A stretch of 34,053 nucleotides of DNA, from the UHGV virus genome UHGV-0175144; one strand, written 5' to 3'. The translations under genes were made by a program, and so were the position numbers. The notes beneath the pieces are model-generated. The model was not told where the DNA came from, searched no databases, and saw only the letters and a program-made list of their open reading frames with translations. The stretch comes from a virus. Positions within the stretch are counted from its first letter, which is position 1. Every line of letters starts with the position of its first letter. This document shows, in pieces, positions 26,969 to 34,053 of this stretch.

Positions 26969-27703
26969 TTAAAATACTCCAGGCGCAGGAGCAGCGGGGG
27001 CCTGAGGTGCTGGTGGCATCTGTGTTGCCCGTTGGGACACCTGCTGGATCGGCACACCGGCAGGAACCGGGGTGGCCACCACTGGCTGCGCTACAGGCGC
27101 AGTTGACAGCGGCATTTGCTGCTGTGAGTAAGCAGGCGCTTGTGCAGGTGCTGCAACAGGAGTAGCTGCGGGTGCTTGTACCGGTGCGGCTACGGGTGTC
27201 TGGGTGGCCACGGGAGCGGCTACAGGTGCAGTGTAGCTGTTTTGTGGGGAAGTAGTCGTAAGACCCTTTTTAGCGACCTCAGAGGGCTTTAGGCACTTTT
27301 TGACGTCTGCATACGTATTGCCGTTATACTCGCGGTGCTCCATATGCAACCACCCACAAGCACCTACTACCGCATTCCAGCAAGGCGCGAAGGTGTCTCC
27401 TTCGGCGTTTTCTGGGGTAAGTCCTAGCGAGACGAAAAACTCTTTGATACGATACTTCACCTTTGCGTTGAGGATGAGGTTATAAAATGCGTAAGAGTTT
27501 CGCCCATCTGTGGGATCGGTAAGCTTAAGCGTAAGTTTAGCCATGGGCGATGCTGCCATCTTATTGCTGCCGTTAAAGGTAGCACGCTCAATCTTGGTGA
27601 CCTCAAAGGGATAGTCGCCCGCGTCAAACAAGGTAAACTCGTCGTCAGGTACGTTTTCGATGGGGTCGTCCCAGCCTAGTGGCTGTCCTAGCTCTTCTGC
27701 CAT
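26969..27703 (-). CDS. Putative single-stranded DNA-binding protein (DUF669-like) with Pro/Ala-rich tail
   Basis: EFTLF.AGDYPFEV, FF.SLG, W..VVG, EYNG motifs; position after the Sak4-like ATPase. Confidence 0.65.
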   Translation of the reverse strand: MAEELGQPLGWDDPIENVPDDEFTLFDAGDYPFEVTKIERATFNGSNKMAASPMAKLTLKLTDPTDGRNSYAFYNLILNAKVKYRIKEFFVSLGLTPENAEGDTFAPCWNAVVGACGWLHMEHREYNGNTYADVKKCLKPSEVAKKGLTTTSPQNSYTAPVAAPVATQTPVAAPVQAPAATPVAAPAQAPAYSQQQMPLSTAPVAQPVVATPVPAGVPIQQVSQRATQMPPAPQAPAAPAPGVF

Positions 27704-27756
27704 GATATTTGCCTTTCTAAAATCCTAAAATCGAATATTTTACCTAAATCTAATTG

Positions 27757-28863
27757 TTATTTGCTGGTAATTGATGCCTTGATGGAATCCAAAACTGTAG
27801 GAATCCATGCCACGATGTCCTCACGTGGTGCCAGAGCTTCAAACGGCATATCAGGTGTTGCGTATCCCTTAGATACAAGAGCGCCCATAACATCGTCTGT
27901 GGTAAGCCCTACGCCCTCAATTTGGACTTTAAGCTTGGCCAGATTATCAGGAAGCGATTCTAAGCCGTTTTGAGCCTCGTTAGGCTCGTTTGTGTCAAAT
28001 GGTACGGGGATAGCGTCAAACTCCGCTTGTGTGAGGTTCTGTGCAGCCACAGAAGCGTTTGTTGTAGCTTGCGTCGCTGCGTTTTGCGTAGGCTGCATTA
28101 CTTGTGCGGGATTTGGGATGTTCGGCACAGGGATATACGGTGCAATCTGGTTCCACTCCATAGAAATACTGTCAGCCATGCCCCAGCGGTTCTTAGCATC
28201 GTATGCCGCAGAGTGGTTGGTGTGAATCTGGCGGATGCGCCCACCCTGCGCGACTGCTTTGCCGCTTTTAGCATCGGTCACGTTGATATTGGTCTTGTAA
28301 TTGCAGAAAAGCACCGCGTCTGCCCATTCCTTGACCGTATTTGCGATAGATGTTTTCCTGCCTGCCTGAAGCTTCAGCCCCCAATGGTCGTAAGTGCCAA
28401 TCTCGCCTGGCTGCTCGATACGCTCAATGGACGCATGGGCAAGGCACACGACATTAAGCCCGTGTTCGCATACATCGCTGAGCAAATTGAGGAATTTACC
28501 GAACTCCTCATATACCTTGGTGTATCCGGTGCCATAACCAAAATCCTCAATGGACTTTTTGTTTTCGGCCCCACAGATGTGGACCGCGCACAGCTGCTGC
28601 GCCCAGTCCAGGGTGTCAATAATAAGCGTTCCTCCGCATTCGTAGGGGAAATCGCGTATCCAGCGCACTTCTTCCAAAAGCATTGACCAGCTTGTCGGTT
28701 GTGGCAGGCGGTTAACATCGATGTGATCGGTCCCTCCTTCCACGTCGATAAAAAGAGGAGAGGGAAATTGTGCGGCAAGCGTGGATTTGCCGATGCCTTC
28801 CACTCCATACAAAATAACTTTTTGCGGCTTTGTAATCGTGCCGCGTGTGATTTGGAATGCCAT
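27757..28863 (-). CDS. AAA_24/Sak4-like recombination ATPase
   Basis: YGVEGIGKST, IDVEGG, TLIIDTLD, GYG.GY, EWADAVLF, AKNR. Confidence 0.85.
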   Translation of the reverse strand: MAFQITRGTITKPQKVILYGVEGIGKSTLAAQFPSPLFIDVEGGTDHIDVNRLPQPTSWSMLLEEVRWIRDFPYECGGTLIIDTLDWAQQLCAVHICGAENKKSIEDFGYGTGYTKVYEEFGKFLNLLSDVCEHGLNVVCLAHASIERIEQPGEIGTYDHWGLKLQAGRKTSIANTVKEWADAVLFCNYKTNINVTDAKSGKAVAQGGRIRQIHTNHSAAYDAKNRWGMADSISMEWNQIAPYIPVPNIPNPAQVMQPTQNAATQATTNASVAAQNLTQAEFDAIPVPFDTNEPNEAQNGLESLPDNLAKLKVQIEGVGLTTDDVMGALVSKGYATPDMPFEALAPREDIVAWIPTVLDSIKASITSK

Positions 28864-28884
28864 GTGTCAGTCCTTCCTAGGCGC

Positions 28885-30327
28885 CTAAAATACGCCTGGA
28901 GCAAACGGATTTGGGAACTTTGGTTCTTGAGCAGGAGCGACCGTAGGAGCGCTTGCAGACGCTACAGGCGTCATAGGCATCACAGGCGCTATAGGCGCTA
29001 CTGGCGTATTTGGTGGTATGGGCGAGTCTTGCTTTGCGTAGCCGTCTTCGATAATGACGCTACACTCGTCTCCGGTAGATACTCGCGTGCCAATAACCTG
29101 CAACCCTTCGCTTTGCGCCCATGCACCGAACTCGGCTAGGGTTTGTGTATCCATCTGCTCTAATTTGTCAACTAATACGAAGCCACAATCAGGCTTGACC
29201 GCTCGCACAATGGCGGTGGCTACGCGCAGCTGCTCGGCGCTGCTCATATCAGACCACGTGATGCCCTTGTAGACGAGATAGCCGTCCTGCACGTCCAGAT
29301 CGTCTAGCGGCATGTTGGCGCCATCCAAAAGCGCTATACGCTGTTTGCGTACAGTTTCAATCTGCTCAGAGATCGCTTTGTAGGTCTCCTCGGTAGTCTC
29401 GGCTTCAGCTTCTAAGTCAGCACGCCTTTGGTTTGCGCGTACACGCTCGTTGACCTCGTCAATATCGCGCAGCTTCTGCTCAATCTCTTCGGTGGACGTG
29501 TCAATAAGGCTGTCTGCAATAGCTTTTTGGGCGGTCAGGGCTTCTGTGAGCTGCGCTTCCTCAGCGGCGATAGCGTCCATCTGAGCCTTGGTATTTGCCA
29601 GATCACGCTCCAGCTGCTCGGCGCGCTTGTTCATATCGTCTTTTTGCTGCTCTTTGAGCTTCATCTGCGCTTCGAGGTCTATCACTTTTTGGCGGATAGC
29701 CTGGTTTTGGCTGTTCTTAGCCAAGATGGCTTGCTGCTTCTCGATAAGCTCGGTCGCACTTACAGGCTCTTCTGGCGCGTCTGCATAGTAGGGCATATCC
29801 GCTGCTACTTTGCGCTTACCAAGATAGTCTGTCTTAAGTGGCCTGCGCTGGTCCGAAAGCGTCTCAATTTGGTTGTCGAGTGCCTTTATCTGGTCCTTGA
29901 CGCCGATAAGGTCTAGCAAGACTTCTGCCTTTTCTTTGTCGGTCGAGTTCATAAACTTTGGCAGATTAAGTGCGAGCTGCTCAATAAATGAATTGAGAAG
30001 TGTCTGCCCACTCTTCTTGCCGCTAGGATCTACTACCTTAAGTGTGCCGCTAGAGCCTTGTCGTGTAACGATAAGACCGTTTGACAGCTCTATCTTGAGC
30101 TTGGCAGGCGTGGCAGAGCCTTCGCGAGTCGGGTTTTGTGGCTTAAAAGAGTTGCCGCCTAACGCCCATGCAATGGCGTCCAACACGCTGGTTTTGCCCT
30201 GGGCGTTGCGCCCACCAATGACGGTCAGACCATCGGTGGTTGGTGTGATAGAGACAGCCTTAATACGCTTGACGTTTTCAAGTTCAAGACTGGCAATCTT
30301 TACGGGGTCGGTCTTGGTGTCAACCAT
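28885..30327 (-). CDS. SMC/Rad50-like ABC ATPase with coiled coil
   Basis: LENVKRI, GRNAQGKTS, long coiled coil, signature MSSAEQ, Walker B VLVDKLE. Confidence 0.85.
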   Translation of the reverse strand: MVDTKTDPVKIASLELENVKRIKAVSITPTTDGLTVIGGRNAQGKTSVLDAIAWALGGNSFKPQNPTREGSATPAKLKIELSNGLIVTRQGSSGTLKVVDPSGKKSGQTLLNSFIEQLALNLPKFMNSTDKEKAEVLLDLIGVKDQIKALDNQIETLSDQRRPLKTDYLGKRKVAADMPYYADAPEEPVSATELIEKQQAILAKNSQNQAIRQKVIDLEAQMKLKEQQKDDMNKRAEQLERDLANTKAQMDAIAAEEAQLTEALTAQKAIADSLIDTSTEEIEQKLRDIDEVNERVRANQRRADLEAEAETTEETYKAISEQIETVRKQRIALLDGANMPLDDLDVQDGYLVYKGITWSDMSSAEQLRVATAIVRAVKPDCGFVLVDKLEQMDTQTLAEFGAWAQSEGLQVIGTRVSTGDECSVIIEDGYAKQDSPIPPNTPVAPIAPVMPMTPVASASAPTVAPAQEPKFPNPFAPGVF

Positions 30328-30350
30328 TGTTTCTCCTTTTTAATGTGTAG

Positions 30351-30521
30351 CTAGATAAGAAAAGCCGCCCATGTGAGGACGACAAAAAGCAGAGCTATTG
30401 CTGCGCCGACAATGAGTTTTGGCACATAGATTTGCGCCAAGTGCAGCAAGCTTTGTAAAATAGACAACAGGCTGGTACGCCTGTTTGAGCGCCTTTTACT
30501 TTGGACGGTGTGGGCGCTCAT
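30351..30521 (-). CDS. Small membrane protein (~56 aa)
   Basis: MSAHT... with C-terminal hydrophobic helix; fills the gap after the xis-like gene; start uncertain. Confidence 0.45.
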   Translation of the reverse strand: MSAHTVQSKRRSNRRTSLLSILQSLLHLAQIYVPKLIVGAAIALLFVVLTWAAFLI

Positions 30522-30564
30522 TCTTTTTTGCGGCTCGACTAAGCGCAAGTACGTAGCATGCCTG

Positions 30565-30810
30565 CTATTTGGCGTTGGTGCTTGCAAGTGCAAGCTTTTG
30601 TATGTATGCATACAGTGTCTCTTTCGTGTAGTAGGGGTATTTTGCATTCGGAAGCCGTACACAGGGCAGCGGATTGTACTTTTGCTCTGTGAGCTCACGG
30701 ACTTTTTCTTCTCCGATGCCGAGATAGCGCGCAGCTTGGCGAGTGGTGATAAGAAGCGGTCCGTCTGGGGCGACGAGCTTCCTTTTTTGCGTAGGAGTTT
30801 TCTCATCCAT
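30565..30810 (-). CDS. Excisionase-like winged HTH DNA-binding protein
   Basis: LLITTRQAARYLGIGEEKVREL...LP.VRL; start reassigned to ATG 30810 (TGATG overlap). Confidence 0.75.
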   Translation of the reverse strand: MDEKTPTQKRKLVAPDGPLLITTRQAARYLGIGEEKVRELTEQKYNPLPCVRLPNAKYPYYTKETLYAYIQKLALASTNAK

Positions 30811-31202
30811 CACAACTCCTTTTTGAACTCGATGTCTGACAAGTTCACGCACTTAATGCCACAAGCTTCTGCGACAATACGCTCAATAGTGGCGCCTTCT
30901 GAATGGCACCAGCCGGGAAGCGATACCAATACATCAAAAGCAGGGCGTCGCCAAGATTCACTTACGACAGGGCCGTGATTTTCGCTTACCCCCACGTGGT
31001 AGGTCAGCTCATTTAAGCAAATGAGCATTGCTTGTTCGTGGGTGGCGTAGGGCGATACGTTTCTCATGGGGTTGTAGATAAACTTGGGGTCGTGCGTGGC
31101 TATACGCTGTTCTGCCAGCTCGAAAGCCTTATGTGCTTGTGCAAGGCTTTCTGCAGATGTCACAGGTCCACTTAGATACACACGCTTGTTTGTAAGTTGC
31201 AT
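30810..31202 (-). CDS. DUF4406-like protein (nucleoside deoxyribosyltransferase-like fold)
   Basis: VYLSGPVT, YNP, LPGW..SEGA..E...A...GI motifs; start reassigned to ATG 31202. Confidence 0.78.
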   Translation of the reverse strand: MQLTNKRVYLSGPVTSAESLAQAHKAFELAEQRIATHDPKFIYNPMRNVSPYATHEQAMLICLNELTYHVGVSENHGPVVSESWRRPAFDVLVSLPGWCHSEGATIERIVAEACGIKCVNLSDIEFKKEL

Positions 31203-31357
31203 AGTGTCTCCAATAAATAGCTCTCGATATTTCCTAGCAGTTCTTCTAATGAGGGCTGCCAACATGCAAGCGCTCATGAGCTAGAGACGCTTGGTTGCTG
31301 CTATTCAACTTTCAAGGTACGGCGTAGTGCAGGTGGTACAGCGTGGTGCAGACGGCG

Positions 31358-31549
31358 CTAATCGAGGAAATCGGTTATCTTGCAGCCGATAGCACGAGCA
31401 AGGGCAATCAATGTCCCAATACCAGGATTGGGAGTCTTGCCAGTCTCGATAAGAGTGATGGCGTACTCCGTCACATCAGCTTCGTATGAGATCTCTCGCA
31501 GGGTCTTGCCACTTGCCTTGCGCAGCTCGCGCAGTTTCTTTCCGTTCAT
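31358..31549 (-). CDS. cro: Cro-like XRE HTH regulator
   Basis: LRELRK...TLREIS...IETGK..NP...TL..LA.A.G; divergent from CI. Confidence 0.85.
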   Translation of the reverse strand: MNGKKLRELRKASGKTLREISYEADVTEYAITLIETGKTPNPGIGTLIALARAIGCKITDFLD

Positions 31550-31572
31550 TTGGTCACCTCCTCTTGGTAACT

Positions 31573-31656
31573 ACTTAATATCTAAGTGGTACAAACATAC
31601 TTAAGTATTAAGTGCTTGTCAATAATATTTTTTGGGATAATATCTAATATGTAAGT
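31573..31656. promoter_or_regulatory. Lysis/lysogeny switch: three palindromic operators ACTTA-N5-TAAGT and divergent promoters
   Basis: Operators at 31573-31587, 31599-31613 and 31642-31656 (2 mismatches); - strand TTGACA (31622-31617), 17 nt, TATGTT (31599-31594). Confidence 0.75.
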
Positions 31657-31683
31657 ATTTATGCAAAAAAGAGCAGGTATAAC

Positions 31684-32331
31684 ATGCTTTATGAGTTAAA
31701 AAATATCCGAAAATCAAGTGGATATACTCAGGCAGGAATGGCGAACGCCATTGATGTCCCTCTTAGCACATACAGAAACTGGGAACAATGCTTAAACGCT
31801 CCACAGGATATAGAAACGATTAAAAAGATTGCCGACATTCTGCATACAAGCATGGAATCCCTGCTTGGCTATGACGCTGTTTTGCCGGGATATATTTCAG
31901 AAAATATTGATGACCATTTTGTCTACGTGCCATTATTTGGGCGCATTGCTGCTGGTGAGCCGCTTTATATGGATAAAGTAGACAACCATGTACTGACGCC
32001 TAAAGAGCTTACACGCAAGTATCCTCACGCGTTTTTCTTGACCATTGACGGTGAGAGCATGAATCGTGTCTTGCCAAATGGCTGTTATGCGCTCATTAAC
32101 CCAGACGAAAAGCAAGTAATCGATGGTGTGGCATATGCCGTTTGTGTAAACGGCTACGACGCTACTGTAAAGCGTGTAAGGCAGCTAGAGAACGGCGTTG
32201 AGCTGGTACCTGATTCAACCGACCCGACATTTCATCCAATGGTGTACGACCATACTGTAGCTGGAACTGAGTCAATTACGATCATCGGACGCGTTGTTTG
32301 GTACACCGTACCGTTTGATTTTGAGATATAG
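31684..32331 (+). CDS. cI: CI-like repressor (XRE HTH plus S24 autopeptidase)
   Basis: N-terminal HTH; IAAG cleavage site; GESM serine; ATVKR lysine; IIGRVV. Confidence 0.92.
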   Translation: MLYELKNIRKSSGYTQAGMANAIDVPLSTYRNWEQCLNAPQDIETIKKIADILHTSMESLLGYDAVLPGYISENIDDHFVYVPLFGRIAAGEPLYMDKVDNHVLTPKELTRKYPHAFFLTIDGESMNRVLPNGCYALINPDEKQVIDGVAYAVCVNGYDATVKRVRQLENGVELVPDSTDPTFHPMVYDHTVAGTESITIIGRVVWYTVPFDFEI

Positions 32332-32339
32332 GTGCGGTC

Positions 32340-32687
32340 ATGTATCCAGAAGCAGAGAAGTTATTAAGAGAATTAATTACTTGCTCAAAAGATGGTGCAG
32401 CGTACTGTAAGGATGTGAGAAGCGTTGCATTTTCTGAGCTAAAAGAATGCGATATGTTCGCAGATGTAAGGCCGTATGCTTCTGGTGGTGCATATATAAA
32501 ACTGTCAACCAAGGCTTTTCATTACTTCGAGGAGAAAGAAGCAGAAGACAAGCGAACAAGAGAAAAAGAGCTAGAAGAGAAGAGAGCGCAAAGAAAAGGT
32601 GCTCTGCGCGATATTGGCCTAGTGGTCTTAGGCGCAGCCTTAACTTTTTTATTCCAGCTCCTCGCTTCTTTTTTAAAGCTTGGTTAG
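32340..32687 (+). CDS. Lysogeny-module protein with C-terminal transmembrane anchor
   Basis: AGGTG RBS; 8 nt after cI; charged helix then IGLVVLGAALTFLFQLLASFL. Confidence 0.7.
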   Translation: MYPEAEKLLRELITCSKDGAAYCKDVRSVAFSELKECDMFADVRPYASGGAYIKLSTKAFHYFEEKEAEDKRTREKELEEKRAQRKGALRDIGLVVLGAALTFLFQLLASFLKLG

Positions 32688-32845
32688 CAAAAGAAAAAAG
32701 ATGGCAGATAGCTCGACAATGATAAATGCAAGATGTATTTCGTATTTGTCCATAATGTGTTCTCCTATCTTCATTTGACAGGAGAATAGGGGGAAGGTAA
32801 CAGAAATGATGTAGCAATTCTACCGTCTAAAGTATCTATAAAAAT

Positions 32846-32881
32846 TGCCCTCGTCGCATCCGCCAAGACAAAACGAGGGCA
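32846..32881. promoter_or_regulatory. Stem-loop upstream of the integrase
   Basis: TGCCCTCGT-N18-ACGAGGGCA preceded by an A-tract. Confidence 0.5.
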
Positions 32882-32929
32882 TGGCTACATGGAGTGCAAC
32901 CATGGCTAATTATATATCAGGTGGTCGGT

Positions 32930-34000
32930 ATGGCCATCGATAAAACACCTAGTGGAAAATGGCGTGTACGCGTCGAAATTGGACGCGATGCAAACGGATG
33001 CCGCAAACGCAAAACAGGAGTATTCCCCACTAAAAGAGAAGCAAAAGCAGCAGAGCACTTATGGAACGAGCTCGCGCGAAAAAACGTTATTGTGCGTGAA
33101 TCCATGCTGTTTGGGCAATTTGTAAGCGAGGTGTATCTACCACAAGCACAGACGCGCGTGCGCTATAACACATACAAGATGTATATGCGCGATTTAAAGC
33201 TTAGGCTGCTTCCTGCGTTTGGAAGCATGAAGATGGAAGATATTACGCATGAGCGTATCCAGGCTGTATTAAGCGGATGTAGCAGTTATAAAGTGGCCAC
33301 CAATACGCGTGATACGTTGCGTCAAGTACTCAATGAAGCATTGGCACTTGGATACATCAACGTAAATCCTGCCACGCAGCGCTACACCATGCCAAAGCGT
33401 GAAGTGTATCCAGAAGACCATAACGGTGACTGGCTGACAAGCTTTGAGCAGCACGACAAGTTTATCGCGCAAATTGACAATGAGTTATTTAAGACTGTGG
33501 CTGTGCTTGGGTTGTCCTTGGGCTTACGTAAAGGTGAGATTTTCGGCCTGGACTGGAGCGATATAGATTTTGAACGGCGGCTCGTCCACGTACAGCGCAC
33601 TTATGTTAGAGAGAAGGACGGGCATAAGCTCATGCCGCCAAAGACGTTAAGAAGTGACCGACTTATTCCCTTGCGTAAGACCTCCGCGCAGTGGCTGTAC
33701 AGTCTCTACGAGAGCCGTGGTAAGCCAACAGGGGCGATATGCGTAAACTACATGGGGAAGAGAGCAAATCCACGAATAACAGCTCAGAGGTGGCTTAGAT
33801 ATATTAGACGCAATAACCTATCATACGTTACGATACTCAATATGCGTCATAGCTTCGCTACAGCTTGTCTGATGGCGGGAATGGAGATAAGTAAAGTATC
33901 TCGCTATCTTGGCCATACATCCATTAACACGACTGTAGAGCGCTATGTGCGCTATAAAGCTCAGGATATGGTGGACGATTTCGATAATTTCACAGATTAA
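32930..34000 (+). CDS. int: Tyrosine integrase with N-terminal arm-binding domain
   Basis: GKWRVRV...TKREAK arm domain; GLRKGE, PPKT, MRHSFAT, LGH, RY catalytic boxes; ATG 32930 with AGGTGG RBS. Confidence 0.93.
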   Translation: MAIDKTPSGKWRVRVEIGRDANGCRKRKTGVFPTKREAKAAEHLWNELARKNVIVRESMLFGQFVSEVYLPQAQTRVRYNTYKMYMRDLKLRLLPAFGSMKMEDITHERIQAVLSGCSSYKVATNTRDTLRQVLNEALALGYINVNPATQRYTMPKREVYPEDHNGDWLTSFEQHDKFIAQIDNELFKTVAVLGLSLGLRKGEIFGLDWSDIDFERRLVHVQRTYVREKDGHKLMPPKTLRSDRLIPLRKTSAQWLYSLYESRGKPTGAICVNYMGKRANPRITAQRWLRYIRRNNLSYVTILNMRHSFATACLMAGMEISKVSRYLGHTSINTTVERYVRYKAQDMVDDFDNFTD

Positions 34001-34006
34001 GAAAAA

Positions 34007-34024
34007 GGGTCATAAATGGGTCAT
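34007..34024 (+). repeat. Integrase arm-type site repeats (GGGTCAT x2)
   Basis: GGGTCATAAATGGGTCAT, 16 nt identical to 198-213. Confidence 0.75.
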
Positions 34025-34053
34025 GAAGGGGGCTTACAGATTGCTGGAATGGT

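Larger units (their letters stand above)
1..34053. mobile_element. Near-complete temperate siphophage genome
   Basis: All modules present in canonical order, with att core and arm sites at the two ends. Confidence 0.93.

Noticed and set aside
30810..31202. DUF4406-like gene as a nucleotide-signalling defence or anti-defence system
   Set aside because: This is a common phage early gene with no partner effector or sensor nearby, so sequence alone gives no support.
335..31284. Many + strand ORFs of 60-256 aa (for example 6601-7371, 12208-12951, 27970-28686)
   Set aside because: They are antisense shadows of well-supported - strand phage genes and show no recognisable motifs.
32701..32778. 25-codon ORF between the membrane gene and the integrase
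   Set aside because: No convincing RBS and no recognisable features.

Overview
The window reads as an essentially complete ~34 kb temperate siphophage genome, probably circular and opened at attP. The left end carries a 23-nt Ala-type tRNA/tmRNA 3' fragment (48-70). GGGTCATA arm-type repeats sit both at 185-213 and right after the integrase (34007-34024). The + strand holds only the lysogeny module (CI with S24 peptidase, a membrane protein, a tyrosine integrase). The - strand runs cro, early/replication genes (SMC-like ATPase, Sak4-like AAA, SSB-like, SF2 helicase, primase-AAA helicase, RusA), packaging and head, tail, and lysis (holin, amidase with choline-binding-type repeats). Notable points: (1) a MuF-type minor head protein fused to a RelA/SpoT-like alarmone synthetase toxin, followed by a 69-aa putative immunity protein and an HD hydrolase; (2) two LAGLIDADG inteins in one helicase; (3) a TerS-TerL fusion; (4) a CGTTAyC-N7-(G/T)AnnnT motif in four late-region intergenic gaps, a candidate phage-specific late promoter; (5) short peptide motifs shared among replication proteins (APGVF C-termini, LGWDDPI); (6) a duplicated receptor-binding-like domain on two tail proteins. 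The host cannot be determined from the sequence; a Gram-positive host, possibly Coriobacteriia, is only an inference. All family assignments come from motif recognition, with no database searches.
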